DNA of 64,000 nt from a virus (IMGVR_UViG_3300037423_001636:1-64000), one strand, 5' to 3'; shown: positions 17,885-29,049, counted from the first letter of the stretch. A program made the numbers and translations. The notes: generated by a model from the letters alone, not told the origin.

Positions 17885-18843
17885 GTGAGCCCGCCACCAA
17901 GACCATCTGTATCGAGCGTCCTTCTTTCCTATCTCAAATGAGCCGGGAAACGAACTATCGCTACGAAGACTTCGATATCTCCAAAGCCTCGCCACACATC
18001 CTCCGGGAGACGGTCCGCCATTGTCAGGAAGAATCTCTCGGCGGCCCCACCGCAATTGGGAACTACTTGAAGGCATCGCAGTGTCTGGACGGAGCTATTC
18101 TAGCCGTGGACCAGCGAGTGTCCCGAGACCTCGAAATCTCAACGGTAGCGGGCGATTTATCTCGACTCGCATTCCCGGCGGCCCAAATGGAGGTGCGATT
18201 CGCCGATCCTGATTTGCCCGCCATCCTGCTATGTCGAATCGACAACACTTCCGTGATTCACAAGGGAATGAAGATGGAGGACGGAATGACTTTAGCGAAC
18301 AAGGGAATCCTGTTCAGCGCCGACACGAAAAGCGGAGCCACTCTTACTCTTGCCCTCCCCGACACTCTGTGGCCGCAATATGTGAGCGGGCAATGGAGCG
18401 AGGACATGCGGCCAAAAATCTCTCAGGATATGGTCATGGAGGATGAAGAAGCGGCATGCATGAAATATCTCGCGCTGCTCGCGGTAAAAGTGCTCGCTTA
18501 CGCCAGCTGCTCTCACCTTGCGCCGACTCTGGTGACGACGAAAGCAGAGAAGAAAGCGGCGGGGATTCATCCGAAGCACGTATTGCCACATCAGAAGACG
18601 TTTGTGGTGCGTTACTTGCCCCATGTGATTCGAGAAAAGCCGGAAATCGCCGAAGCACATGAGCCATCAGGTAAAACGCGCCGCTTCATGGGTCGCGCCG
18701 GCCGGGTCGTGTTCTATGAGCATGAGAGGTATACCCGAATGAGAGGGGTTTGGCAGTGGCAAGCGCCGATTGCTCCCCCCGACGGCGTTCGCATCATTTA
18801 CCGCGTGCGGAAAGCAGCGGGCACTCCAGTTAACCATCCATGA
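17881..18843 (+). CDS. hypothetical protein (320 aa)
   Basis: long ORF with ATGA overlap. Confidence 0.75.
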   Translation: MSEPATKTICIERPSFLSQMSRETNYRYEDFDISKASPHILRETVRHCQEESLGGPTAIGNYLKASQCLDGAILAVDQRVSRDLEISTVAGDLSRLAFPAAQMEVRFADPDLPAILLCRIDNTSVIHKGMKMEDGMTLANKGILFSADTKSGATLTLALPDTLWPQYVSGQWSEDMRPKISQDMVMEDEEAACMKYLALLAVKVLAYASCSHLAPTLVTTKAEKKAAGIHPKHVLPHQKTFVVRYLPHVIREKPEIAEAHEPSGKTRRFMGRAGRVVFYEHERYTRMRGVWQWQAPIAPPDGVRIIYRVRKAAGTPVNHP

Positions 18844-19107
18844 TCATAGACGACAATATCCCTCCACTCCTTGTCACTCAGCTCAGACTCGACGTTCAGG
18901 CCGCCGATGACGCTATCATCAGAATGGAGCAGGCTGTCCATCCGAATCATTTCAACCGCGTGGAAGAGCTGCGAACGGTGCGGATTCTCTTGGCCGGCGT
19001 GCTGCACAGACTGGAGAAGGACATCGTGGCGTCTGCTGACCCGAAGGCAGAATAGGGAGTTGTCCTCATTGTGCTTTCGCCCCGCACTCTGCTATAGTTT
19101 TACCGCT

Positions 19108-19470
19108 ATGACAACGATATTCAACCCAGAGAAAAAAGATAAGCTCACTTACGGCGAATGTCTCGGCCCCGCCATGAAGATCACTGACCCGGCTGATGCG
19201 ACGCAGTATCTCAAAGCATATGCATTCATTCAGGTCGCGTTGGATCGTGGCGAAGGCAATAGGGGCGGCAAGACCGCGGAACAAATTGCCAAGAGCAATC
19301 TGGGCTACTATGCTGGCTATTACGACAACGAGACTCGTGAGCGCGTTGAAAGACTGTTCAATTGCAATCATCCGATCTTTGGGGCAATCGCGGAGAAAGC
19401 GCCGCCAACTCCAGAAGAGGCGTTTGAAATGGGGCGGAAAATGGGCGCGGCGAGGAAGCGGTCACGCTGA
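19108..19470 (+). CDS. hypothetical phage protein
   Basis: NLGYYAGYYD...HPIFG; boxed promoter. Confidence 0.75.
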   Translation: MTTIFNPEKKDKLTYGECLGPAMKITDPADATQYLKAYAFIQVALDRGEGNRGGKTAEQIAKSNLGYYAGYYDNETRERVERLFNCNHPIFGAIAEKAPPTPEEAFEMGRKMGAARKRSR

Positions 19471-19521
19471 GGTATCTCCCTTATTGTGTTTGTCCCTCAA
19501 TTCTGCTACATTCACACCACC

Positions 19522-20214
19522 ATGCCAAATCACGTATACTCCACCCTCCGTATCCGCGGCCCGCAAGCCGACATCGCTCGTCTCATCAAGACCGCTACCG
19601 TCAAAGCAGAAAAACACGGCAAGATGGAAAAGTTCATCAAATTCGACCGCCTGTTTCCGTGCCCCTGTGAGCTGTTTGAAGTTACTTCCCCAGTTCGAAT
19701 CGTGTCTGAAGAAGAGTTCCAAAAGCAAAAGACTGAACTGGCCGAGCGTAAAGCCCGGATCGCGGCGGGGGAAGAGAAAGAGTCGCTGTTTGGCATGTCA
19801 CTTTCCATCTCTTCGTCATATCAAAAGGAACTGATCCGCCGTTTCGGTGTGGATAATTGGTATGACTGGGCGATCAAGAACTGGGGCACCAAATGGGGTA
19901 CTTATGATGTCGCTCAGAGGGAATCCAAGACGGGCGAAGCCAATTTCTCCTTTCAAACCGCTTGGAGTCCCGCGGAGGGATTGTGGATCAAGGTTAGTGC
20001 CGATTTCCCCACACTGGAATTCTTCACTGAGTTCGCAGATGAAGGTGGCGGCTTTGTCGGCACACAGACGTTCAAGGAGGGCGAAAAGAGCGAGGACAGC
20101 GATCCTGATTGGAGTTCTCCGGAAGGCATCCAAATCCGCAAGAATGTCGGCCAATGGAGCGACGAGGAAGAGGATGAAGACGAAGAGTCTGAAACCAAGG
20201 ACGCCAATGTTTAG
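19522..20214 (+). CDS. DUF1281/Api92/YubB ferredoxin-like domain protein
   Basis: MPNH, NWYDW...NWGTKW, FQTAWSP motifs. Confidence 0.8.
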   Translation: MPNHVYSTLRIRGPQADIARLIKTATVKAEKHGKMEKFIKFDRLFPCPCELFEVTSPVRIVSEEEFQKQKTELAERKARIAAGEEKESLFGMSLSISSSYQKELIRRFGVDNWYDWAIKNWGTKWGTYDVAQRESKTGEANFSFQTAWSPAEGLWIKVSADFPTLEFFTEFADEGGGFVGTQTFKEGEKSEDSDPDWSSPEGIQIRKNVGQWSDEEEDEDEESETKDANV

Positions 20215-20419
20215 TGTCCGTCAAAAACGCGAAATCTCTGAAGCTGTTCAACGCATCCTTAGAGAGACGAATCATCCTGAGCTGCCAAAAGGCCGCGAAA
20301 TCGAATTCACTCTACACGTGAAGGGTATAGAGGGTTGGAGTTGGGCGGACATTAGGAACAATGGGAGCGTGGAGAATCCCGTCGTCAATCCTTGGAATGA
20401 AATACAGGACAAACAGTGA
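20207..20419 (+). CDS. hypothetical phage protein
   Basis: MFSVRQKREI...HPELP...WSWADI. Confidence 0.7.
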   Translation: MFSVRQKREISEAVQRILRETNHPELPKGREIEFTLHVKGIEGWSWADIRNNGSVENPVVNPWNEIQDKQ

Positions 20420-20486
20420 GTCTTTTGCTTTTAAAACTGATCATTTTAACCGTCTGTGCTTTCTTCGCTGGCGAATCGGTTAGTGA

Positions 20487-21149
20487 ATGCAAAACAAACC
20501 GGAAACAGCTTTGGTATGTTCTGCTGCTGTTTATCAGTTTGAGCATTGTATTTATCTCAATCTTGGGCGACAAGGCGGTGAAACCATGAAGTTGTCATTA
20601 AACAGTATAGTCACCGTCACTCTCACTGACTATGGGTGGGAGCTGGTCCGCGCTCACTACGAGAACCTAGCGTTGCCAGATCAAGTCTGTCCTGAACGCC
20701 CCGCCGATAACAAATGGACGACAGAACTGTGGCATGTCATGCGGATTGTGGGGCCACATCTCCACATCGCAATGCCGGACGACAAGAATCCTATGGTTGG
20801 AGTGGAGCTGGATATTGCGCGGAATGAAGTGGAGGTTGAGGAAAACCTGATCCTACCCACTCTCAATCCGCAGCTCGGTCTGGCCGCGCGCATCGAAGGG
20901 ACTTGGCGGCGCATCATGCATGACGTATTGGGATTCAGGGACTTCTGTGAATCCACTACTCAATTCAATTACATTGATTACAGCTATACGAAGGATTGCC
21001 CTGAAGCGTTTCGTGATGCGGGGCAGCTTCTCTGGAGCATCCTACTGGAGAAATTCGGTGGGAGCGACAATCACGGAGAGGTCCATTGGCCGAAAGAGCC
21101 GGGGAAGATGAATACGGTGACGAGACGGAGGGAGCTGTGGGAGAAATGA
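20487..21149 (+). CDS. hypothetical protein
   Basis: 220 aa ORF, start uncertain. Confidence 0.6.
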   Translation: MQNKPETALVCSAAVYQFEHCIYLNLGRQGGETMKLSLNSIVTVTLTDYGWELVRAHYENLALPDQVCPERPADNKWTTELWHVMRIVGPHLHIAMPDDKNPMVGVELDIARNEVEVEENLILPTLNPQLGLAARIEGTWRRIMHDVLGFRDFCESTTQFNYIDYSYTKDCPEAFRDAGQLLWSILLEKFGGSDNHGEVHWPKEPGKMNTVTRRRELWEK

Positions 21150-21410
21150 GCGGCACACCATCCTTTACCATTTCCGCAGCTCACGCTCGGAGCCTGTTAG
21201 ACACGCGGGCCGAATGGTCGCGCAATCCATCCGCGAAAACAATGCCTCAGCTTTATCACCGAATCACCACAGAAGCGGCGCAAGGTTTTAGCAATCTCAT
21301 CATCAAGGACTGGCCGCTCTCTGCGGAGGACCGTGCCGAATTGATCGGGCGCGGCTACCGCCTGCATATCGTGGAGGAGACTGTTTTAACAATTGAGTGG
21401 TAAACGCCAC

Positions 21411-21839
21411 ATGAAAGCCTCAAAACCATGGCCGCGAATCAGGGTCAACGAGAAGACACTCGGCGCTCGCGTAGACCGATTCATGAAGCGCAATCCAGCC
21501 CCAAAAGACAATTGGCCATTTCTCTATCTCTACGTAGATCACGGAATGCGGTATAGCCAATATCTGGATCGCTCCTTTTTCAGTGCCTACACTCCTGAAG
21601 GTGTGCAAGACTGTGTAGAACGTCGATTCATGAACGCAATCATGCGGGGGAAGGGTTCGAAACGGAAGCTTCGTAGAGAGATTGAGTGCAATCCACATTT
21701 ACACCCACTGCTCAAGGAGAATCTGATTCTGAATCTCCGATGTTTTGGCTCCAATCCAGAATTCTATCAACATTCCCGATTCATGCCGGTTGGTCTGACT
21801 GACAAACAGAAAGCGCAGAGGATCGTGGATGGAGATTGA
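21411..21839 (+). CDS. hypothetical protein
   Basis: stop codon is the first triplet of the box at 21837. Confidence 0.65.
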   Translation: MKASKPWPRIRVNEKTLGARVDRFMKRNPAPKDNWPFLYLYVDHGMRYSQYLDRSFFSAYTPEGVQDCVERRFMNAIMRGKGSKRKLRREIECNPHLHPLLKENLILNLRCFGSNPEFYQHSRFMPVGLTDKQKAQRIVDGD

Positions 21840-21890
21840 GGAAAATACCCTATATCAATCGATCGTAAAATCTGCTATACTATACGCGTC

Positions 21891-22199
21891 ATGAAATCTA
21901 CTCCTATCCCTCCACATCTATCCGTCACGCTTAGCGCCGCGCAAGGTCGCAAGCTGTTGGCCGCACTTCCTGACGCTTCGAAAGGTCTAGTCTACATCTG
22001 TATCGGTGCAAACTGCTGGGGACAAGCGTTGAACGCGAAGCTGGCCGCCGAGCGGGCGCGCTCCGAGGGTTCGGCGGGAGAATATATCATACACGCAGTC
22101 GGTAATGGAGCTGAGGTCGATCAGGTCAACGGAACACTCTATTACAACAGCAAGGTGGCCGGCACGCAGGTTGGCATCGCTCGCTTCAAACAGTCATGA
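21891..22199 (+). CDS. hypothetical protein (leaderless)
   Basis: boxed promoter. Confidence 0.7.
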   Translation: MKSTPIPPHLSVTLSAAQGRKLLAALPDASKGLVYICIGANCWGQALNAKLAAERARSEGSAGEYIIHAVGNGAEVDQVNGTLYYNSKVAGTQVGIARFKQS

Positions 22200-22510
22200 A
22201 GCCTTACATTTCGAACCCCGGCTACGAGGGAACGGTCAAGGTTCTTTGTGAGGCCGGCTACCACCGTTTACGACAATTCCGTTGTTCCGATTCCATGGAG
22301 CGTGGCGTCATTCCCGCAGAAGAGTTCATGGAGGTGTGGGTGGGCACCAAGGGCGTGCTCATTGTGCAGAAATGGACCAAGGGAAATGGGGCTCACGTCT
22401 ATTTGGGATGGGGTGCGGGCCAAACGTTTGAGGAGCTGAAGGTGGCGCTGAATAATCCCAAACCGTCTCCACGGGAGACCACCAAGTCGCTAGACGCAGC
22501 AGAGCAATGA
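22196..22510 (+). CDS. hypothetical protein
   Basis: ATGA overlap chain. Confidence 0.65.
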   Translation: MKPYISNPGYEGTVKVLCEAGYHRLRQFRCSDSMERGVIPAEEFMEVWVGTKGVLIVQKWTKGNGAHVYLGWGAGQTFEELKVALNNPKPSPRETTKSLDAAEQ

Positions 22511-22706
22511 AACAGCTCTACGAGCCACTCACCCGTGCCGAGATCAAGGCTATGACTCCTGCCGCCCGCGCTGATCGTTTAGCTTTGACCGAACATCAGT
22601 TATCGAATAAAGAACAAGCTCTTCAATGGATGGACCCCAAGCCCTATATGCTGGCGGAAATCGCCGGGCTGCGCGCCAATATCACTATACTGAAACGATT
22701 GAATAC

Positions 22707-23213
22707 GTGAATCCCGTGAACCTAGAATCTCTCATCACCGCATACCGTGCCGGCCAGCAGGCCCAATTGCAATTGGCCCAGCGGGCACGCAAAGTCTTTC
22801 GGACAATCCAACGGTTCAATCTGAACGCGGTAAACGACATCAGGCGAATCCGCTCCTATCGGTCGGAATACCTATGCGAGCATGGAATCGACCAACTTCC
22901 CCCAGACCCCATCTTCGCCGGCACTCAATGGTCGCGGGCAGACATTGAAGCCAATGGCGTGTCTATCGTATCTTCCGAATACATGGGCGATGAGGAATAC
23001 GACTATCACACTTTCACCCTCCCATTTACCGCGCTCTGGCAGACAGACGATGAGATCGAGGCAACTTTGCGCGCTAATCTTACTCGATATCTGTCGGAGG
23101 TGGCCCAGCACGAAGAGCGGAAAGCGCGGGAAGCAGAGGAGGAAGCACGGCAGCGATACGAAGAGCTGAAAGCGCGGTTTGAGCCGCTAACTCCAGATAA
23201 GCTCCAAGAATAA
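22707..23213 (+). CDS. hypothetical protein
   Basis: C-terminal coiled coil; stop is first triplet of box at 23211. Confidence 0.65.
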   Translation: MNPVNLESLITAYRAGQQAQLQLAQRARKVFRTIQRFNLNAVNDIRRIRSYRSEYLCEHGIDQLPPDPIFAGTQWSRADIEANGVSIVSSEYMGDEEYDYHTFTLPFTALWQTDDEIEATLRANLTRYLSEVAQHEERKAREAEEEARQRYEELKARFEPLTPDKLQE

Positions 23214-23263
23214 GGACATGTCCCTATCGACATCGGTCTGACAATCTGCTACGCTCCACTCCA

Positions 23264-23788
23264 ATGAATCACTCTCCCGAAACCATCCAAGAGCGACAAG
23301 AACGCCTCCAGCGCGAAATCAACGAACGCTACAAACTGCTCCACGCTATGGAAGCAGACATCGAGCGCGACACTCTAAAGCGGGCTTTGACCGCATTAGG
23401 CCAAGCCGGGGCAATCCTTGCTGTAGATTGCTGCCACGAAGAATGCATTGACGGTAAAGTGCTGACGAGCGACGGGCGACCCGACGGGTATGAACTCCAG
23501 AAGCTTGTCCCCGGTTTTCACAACTATCACGAATCAATGAGCGTCGTGCTGGACGATCTCCGCATCTCGCTGCGAGCTAATGACGGCATCATGAGTCTTG
23601 GAATTTACTACGAGAACAAGACTCTTTTGGAAGCGGGGGCCAAATACGATGAGAATCTGAAAGCCGCAAAATCTCTCATTCGGAGCTATGGCATCCAGCT
23701 TAGTGACGCGCCACTTCAACAAAAACGCTTGCAACTCATGAAAGATGCTGAAGAGCTAACGGACGCGATCAAACGATTGAATGTTTGA
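23264..23788 (+). CDS. hypothetical protein (leaderless)
   Basis: boxed promoter. Confidence 0.7.
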   Translation: MNHSPETIQERQERLQREINERYKLLHAMEADIERDTLKRALTALGQAGAILAVDCCHEECIDGKVLTSDGRPDGYELQKLVPGFHNYHESMSVVLDDLRISLRANDGIMSLGIYYENKTLLEAGAKYDENLKAAKSLIRSYGIQLSDAPLQQKRLQLMKDAEELTDAIKRLNV

Positions 23789-23820
23789 ATCCAATCTAGA
23801 TCACTGAGCCGAATTATTAC

Positions 23821-24171
23821 ATGAGCACTCTGACCAAACGTCGCTACGCCACCAATAAGCGTGCCGCGAAGCGTCGTGCGACATTGCCGCCAGAGCATGT
23901 CGGCCCTCGCTGGTATCGGTGGGGCATCGACAATCTCGACGATCCGATTGAATGGAACTACATCTACGGCTCGCCAGCTGACGCGCCAAAACAATCGTTG
24001 GAAAGCGGATGCTATATGGTCAGTGAACCCATTGATTATCCCCCGCTCGAATGGCTCGAAGCCGAGAATGATCGCATGTCAGAAGAAGAGCGCCGGGTCC
24101 GGGACTACCAAGACTTGGTGTGGCGCACATTGGCCACAGCGCGCCACGTGATGGCAAAGGCGGAGCCATGA
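23821..24171 (+). CDS. hypothetical protein
   Basis: 116 aa ORF. Confidence 0.6.
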   Translation: MSTLTKRRYATNKRAAKRRATLPPEHVGPRWYRWGIDNLDDPIEWNYIYGSPADAPKQSLESGCYMVSEPIDYPPLEWLEAENDRMSEEERRVRDYQDLVWRTLATARHVMAKAEP

Positions 24172-24384
24172 CACCTGTTCAAGAGCAGCTCGTTCTTTCT
24201 GTTATGAAAAAGGTTAAAACTCTCCCCGGTCGCGATTTGCGGCATAAATGGAGACAGGCGCTGGCAACCTACATTGGTTACGTTGAACTCGCTTCGCACG
24301 ACAAGAACGTTCGACCAAAGGTGGCAGAATTTGAGGAGCTGTTGAAGGTGTTTATCGGCCAATCCAAGCCCGAACAATCCTGAG

Positions 24385-24711
24385 ATGAACGACGGGGATT
24401 CTATACCCTATCACCTTCGGCCCGGCGCTCCTCAGCGCCGAGTAGTCTGCGCGGCCAATCGCATTGCTTCTGGCGAAATGGCGCTGGGTCCGCGACATTT
24501 TCACGCGCTCATGCACGTGGCGATCCAAGCCATGATTCACTCTGGTTCTGGTTCGCGGGCTGAGTGGACTCAATCTGAACAAGGCTTCATTGATCAGTGG
24601 GGCACGTTCATGACGCGTGAAGAGGCTCTGGCCGTCGCGCTAGCGGCGGGTCAGCGACTCTATCGGTGCGGCGGCGACGAGACTCGACTTTTCAGCGAAA
24701 ATCTCTACTGA
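24385..24711 (+). CDS. conserved phage protein
   Basis: VVCAA...RH...EQGFIDQWG.F.TREEA...LFSENLY. Confidence 0.75.
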   Translation: MNDGDSIPYHLRPGAPQRRVVCAANRIASGEMALGPRHFHALMHVAIQAMIHSGSGSRAEWTQSEQGFIDQWGTFMTREEALAVALAAGQRLYRCGGDETRLFSENLY

Positions 24712-24764
24712 TCCTACGCAATTCGACTTGACCATTGGGCTCTGGCATGCCTCAATCGAGACGC

Positions 24765-25103
24765 ATGCCATCCCGCATCTCTCTAGCCACGTCTCGCAAA
24801 TCCAAGCAACGCATTCCCAACTGGAACACGAATCCAGACAAGATCACGCTCAATCAGCGAAAGAGCCTGAAAAGATTGGACCGGCTCATGGATAAATTCG
24901 TGAAGTCCATGGACACTCTGTCCTATCTGAATCTAGAGCAGAGCGAGGCGCTGATTGCGGATATGGAATACGAAGTGATGCGCTACTTCCCATCTTCTTG
25001 GCCTGACGTACAGGCGCGTCTAAATGGTCTGATAACTGACCAGCAGATTGAGGGATCTTCCCTACAGACAGACGACCAAGAGTGTGATAGAGTGGTCGCA
25101 TGA
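24765..25103 (+). CDS. hypothetical protein
   Basis: ORF in overlap chain. Confidence 0.6.
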   Translation: MPSRISLATSRKSKQRIPNWNTNPDKITLNQRKSLKRLDRLMDKFVKSMDTLSYLNLEQSEALIADMEYEVMRYFPSSWPDVQARLNGLITDQQIEGSSLQTDDQECDRVVA

Positions 25104-25617
25104 AAACCGAAGCGCCTCAGCTATACGATGTCGTCGCCGTAGACATTTCTACCGGCAAGGTGGCCGCGCTGTTCGGGGAAGGCAAGACTCTCCGTAATGC
25201 CGAAGCCATCGTGAACATGGCTGTGATGCGCCGCGGCGTTGAGGAGCAATTCTACGCCGAAGTGCTCGCCGGTCAATTCAAGGTTGGAGACGCCTATTCG
25301 TCATGAAGCTCCGAGTCACCAAACGCCTACGTCGCACCGGCACTCAGGCCCGCTATCTGGTTCGCTATCAGGGTAAAAGCGCGCACGGTGCGGTGTTGCC
25401 CGACGTGATGAGATCAATCGGCTTAGCTCTGGTTACGTCCTATTTCCCCATCATTGACGGGCTGCTTACCCAGATGCAGTCAATAGAACAGGCTACCGAC
25501 ACCATCGTGGTGCAAATCGAGACGAAAGAGAAATAGCGATGAACTGTCCCTACTGCATGGAAGCGGTGGAGATTCGGGCGCAATCGGGCCAGTGAGAGCG
25601 CCGTAAGTGCACGAATA

Positions 25618-25974
25618 ATGACCTTTCACCCCGCAAAACCGAACGACCATCTCTTCCACCGCTGGGTCTCCACTGGGGGCCGCTGGGAGCTGGGATTCTG
25701 GCGAGTCATGTTTGGAGTGAGAGTGCGGCTGGGGCTAGTCGGCAACGGCTGGTGTACTCTCGACCTCTGCGCCGGGGCCGATCCCGAGTTTCAAGCAGAG
25801 CTGTTGCGCACGGTTATGGCGGCGTTGATTCCATTCGACGAGAAAAGCTCGGAAAGACAGATTCAAGATATGATTCCAGCGTATAGTGAAATAAAACCGA
25901 TTAATCTGGACCCAAAAGCGTGGCCGCTGCTCCAGAATCTAGCACGCTCAGCCCTTGGTATCGAAGTGTCGTAA
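25618..25974 (+). CDS. hypothetical protein
   Basis: 118 aa ORF. Confidence 0.65.
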   Translation: MTFHPAKPNDHLFHRWVSTGGRWELGFWRVMFGVRVRLGLVGNGWCTLDLCAGADPEFQAELLRTVMAALIPFDEKSSERQIQDMIPAYSEIKPINLDPKAWPLLQNLARSALGIEVS

Positions 25975-26003
25975 AGTGACATCAGAAAACCGGAGATTTT
26001 CAA

Positions 26004-26381
26004 ATGAAATACGACAAAACTACCCCCTGCGACAACTGTCCATTCAGGAGCGATAAACCGTTCCCTCTGGCTCCGGGACGTGTCCTTGAGATTGAACAGA
26101 GTCTTGTGCGCGGCGATTTCCCGTGCCACAAGACGACTGTGGAGACGGAGGACGAGCAGGGCTTCAGCGAGAGAGAAGCGACAGATAAAAGTCAGCATTG
26201 TGCCGGCGCTCTGATTCTGCTTGAGAAGCTGCAAAGCCCGTCGCAGATGATGAGGATATGCGAGCGCATCGGATTGTATGATGCCCGCAAACTGGATATG
26301 TCAGCCCCGGTCTACGATTCGTGGGAAGAGATGGAGATCGGGTGTGGGCGGCGACGGCGGAATAAGGCGGCAAATCATTAA
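26004..26381 (+). CDS. Cys-rich phage protein (DUF6283-like)
   Basis: PCDNCPFR, FPCHKT, QHCAGA. Confidence 0.7.
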   Translation: MKYDKTTPCDNCPFRSDKPFPLAPGRVLEIEQSLVRGDFPCHKTTVETEDEQGFSEREATDKSQHCAGALILLEKLQSPSQMMRICERIGLYDARKLDMSAPVYDSWEEMEIGCGRRRRNKAANH

Positions 26382-26700
26382 CAACATCTCAATCCAGCGT
26401 AGGGCGAAGTCCCTATTGCGCCGAAAGCGCGAATCTGCTATATTCTGCTCACGATGAATCCCAAAAACACCATTCGAGTCACTCTCGCCTACAATCCAAA
26501 TGCCGGCGCTCTTGGGCGGTCTGAAAAGACACCTTATCAAATCACCAAGATTGTTGGTGCAGTCCGAACGAGCGCCAAAAACTCTCACGTGGGCGACTAT
26601 CTCACGGAGAATGAGGCTGTCTACCTGTCTATGGCAGCGGACACTGAGGTCACAGTTGTGCCGGCGAAAGGCTGACGGCCAATTCACATCCCCTCTTCAC

Positions 26701-27171
26701 ATGAAACAATCTAAAAAATCCTCAATCAGCGCGGTAGTACTCGGCGCTGGCGTGTTGAACTGGCCTCGCGAAGAGCGAGTGGGAGACAGATATGGCATCG
26801 TCTTCCTCGGCCCCTCGTCCGGTGGCTATGCAATTCCAGACGGGACGCCTGTGGAATCCGCCAAGACTTATCGGCCAGTCAAGAAGCTGTGCGAAGGTCA
26901 AAGGGGCCGGCTGGTTGCGACAGTCCTTGAGACTCGGCGGTCGGGCCACATCGGAGACCTATTCCACGGCATTTCCCCGCGCACGCCGAAAGTGGGGCAA
27001 GAAATCGAGCTGGGCGAAGGCACGCTGTTTTTCGACACGCGCGAAGGAATGAGCGGATTTGGCGCTGGCCTGAAACCAGATGACGGCCGGGAAACCCTGT
27101 GGTTGAAGATCCGTTCGCTTTACGACTGCCACGATCAGACGGTGGAACTGAAATTCTATCCCGCGGAATGA
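26701..27171 (+). CDS. hypothetical phage protein
   Basis: ER..DRYG, SGHIGDLFHG. Confidence 0.7.
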   Translation: MKQSKKSSISAVVLGAGVLNWPREERVGDRYGIVFLGPSSGGYAIPDGTPVESAKTYRPVKKLCEGQRGRLVATVLETRRSGHIGDLFHGISPRTPKVGQEIELGEGTLFFDTREGMSGFGAGLKPDDGRETLWLKIRSLYDCHDQTVELKFYPAE

Positions 27172-27405
27172 CGAGCCGAAACCAAGCATGAAAATTTACT
27201 ACGCGGAGACCGATCGCGGATGTGCCTTGCGCACGGCCGAAACGCTCGATAAAGCACGCGCCCAATTCAAGCGCGAGGTCGGTGAGGACAACGTACGTAC
27301 TGTTCGCGAAGCAACCGAGAAAGACATTGATTGGGTGCGCGGGATGGGTGGCTACGTGCCGCCCTTTGTGAAGCTGGAGTGAATAAGGTTCAGGCTTTGA
27401 AAACC

Positions 27406-27762
27406 ATGAAAAAGACGACCAAGAAAAAACGCACTACGAAGACCAAGACGTTCCGGGTCTGGCGTCCTGCCTATCGTCCGTTCATCCACGGCGGCAACGT
27501 CAATGCTCCGATCTGCATTGAAACGCCCGCCGATGAAATCCACACTGCAAAGGGATTCTCTGTCGGATTGATTCGCCATAAGGCCAAGACCCTCGTATTC
27601 TGCGCTGCAAGCGGTGGCGTCGTCGGTGACGATATCATGCAAGTGATGGACGATATCAAAACGGGCAAACCATCAGTGATTCGGAAACAGATTGCGCAGG
27701 CGAAGCGCGAAGGGGCCGACGCAATAGCGGTCACTCCTGACGAATTTTTCGGAGTGAAATAA
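27406..27762 (+). CDS. hypothetical protein
   Basis: 118 aa ORF. Confidence 0.65.
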   Translation: MKKTTKKKRTTKTKTFRVWRPAYRPFIHGGNVNAPICIETPADEIHTAKGFSVGLIRHKAKTLVFCAASGGVVGDDIMQVMDDIKTGKPSVIRKQIAQAKREGADAIAVTPDEFFGVK

Positions 27763-27804
27763 ATCCTTTCGTTAGTCCCTCAAATCCCCTTACAACTTTC
27801 CTTT

Positions 27805-28194
27805 ATGAAGACCCTCGAACAGATCAAGGCATACCCCGGCGGGGAGAACTGCAATCTCATCGACAGTCGAGATAAGAAACGCCTTCTGCAATTCCTGCCG
27901 GTCGAAAACTGGAAGGCACTCGGCTTTTCGCTGAAGGATGGCGCTGAAGTCCCGACCCCGACCCCGCTCACACGCGAAACCGTTCTTGAAAATCTCGCAA
28001 ACGACTTGGAGTTTGCATTCGAGAAGGCTCACAACAAGCGCGGCATCTCGGCGTCGCTCATGGGCGACGTTATCAAAATGTGGATGTGGATTCTCGACGA
28101 CGAGGAGTTGATGAGGCCGCCTGAGTGGAGCGACTATGGCATAGCCTACTTGGAACGCGTCGCGAAGAAATATAGCCTCCCTGTCCCGGCCTGA
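27805..28194 (+). CDS. conserved phage protein
   Basis: D.EFAFEKA..KRGISA..M. Confidence 0.7.
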   Translation: MKTLEQIKAYPGGENCNLIDSRDKKRLLQFLPVENWKALGFSLKDGAEVPTPTPLTRETVLENLANDLEFAFEKAHNKRGISASLMGDVIKMWMWILDDEELMRPPEWSDYGIAYLERVAKKYSLPVPA

Positions 28195-28208
28195 CCGGAA
28201 CGAAAATC

Positions 28209-28439
28209 ATGGACACTGCAACACTTCGACCCTCCGCAGTTGCGGCATTTAACGCCTTCGCTGAGGCACTGTCAGGCGAGCCCGAGATTAAGCGGCTGAC
28301 CGGCATTATTGACCGGCACGCCCAAATCGCAGCCGAAGCTCGCGTGCTCATTCACAACGGCGGCGCTGGCCCGAACAATGCCCAACTGCGGCGCGTGGAT
28401 TACATCCTCAGAGAAATCGCCGGTCTACCGCGCGAGTAA
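28209..28439 (+). CDS. hypothetical protein, paralog of 527-781
   Basis: shared C-terminal half plus 18 extra codons. Confidence 0.75.
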   Translation: MDTATLRPSAVAAFNAFAEALSGEPEIKRLTGIIDRHAQIAAEARVLIHNGGAGPNNAQLRRVDYILREIAGLPRE

Positions 28440-28450
28440 CATCGAACGAA

Positions 28451-28612
28451 ATGGACCCGTTTAAGCCTACTCTCCCAAAGATTCGCTGCCGATTTTGCAA
28501 AAGACTCGTCGGCGTATTTATCCCGGCCGGCGGCGATGGTTCCGCGTGGCTGTTTCGCAAACACAATATCAACCGGGGCGTCGTCTGCAAAGGCACACGG
28601 CGCGAAGCTTGA
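28451..28612 (+). CDS. small Cys/His protein (53 aa)
   Basis: translated by hand: MDPFKPTLPKIRCRFCKR...HN...C.GT; between motifs. Confidence 0.65.
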   Translation: MDPFKPTLPKIRCRFCKRLVGVFIPAGGDGSAWLFRKHNINRGVVCKGTRREA

Positions 28613-28622
28613 GAACGAAACC

Positions 28623-28790
28623 ATGCCTACCGACACTGAAATACTGAACTGGCTCGCGCTCCGACTTGAGAAAGTTGGCTGGACCGAGCTGGAGCTAGAC
28701 ATCGAAGCGGAGCGCGACGACTGCTCCGACAACTTCGGCGATGATTTTCGCCGTGCCGTCGCAAACGCGATGAAGGTCAACCCCAACTGA
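28623..28790 (+). CDS. small protein with TDTEILNWL...FRRAV motif
   Basis: between motifs. Confidence 0.7.
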   Translation: MPTDTEILNWLALRLEKVGWTELELDIEAERDDCSDNFGDDFRRAVANAMKVNPN

Positions 28791-28806
28791 CGGAACGAAA
28801 CCACCC

Positions 28807-29049
28807 ATGCCTAACGACATTCCTTTAGTTCGACTTAGCCGCGACTACACGCAATGCGGCCTTTCGGCAAAGGCCCGAAACAATGCCGTGCGTGATGCCC
28901 ACTGGGTCACAGCCTCTCCGCATGAGTGGGTTTGGACGCCGGAGCAGCAAGCCAACATGGCGCGCTACGTTCTATGGGCATCGCAACGACTCGAAGCCAT
29001 CCGGCAACTTGCGGCGGCCACGCCGCTGCTCCACGAGCCGAAAACCTGA
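28807..29049 (+). CDS. hypothetical protein
   Basis: between motifs. Confidence 0.7.
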   Translation: MPNDIPLVRLSRDYTQCGLSAKARNNAVRDAHWVTASPHEWVWTPEQQANMARYVLWASQRLEAIRQLAAATPLLHEPKT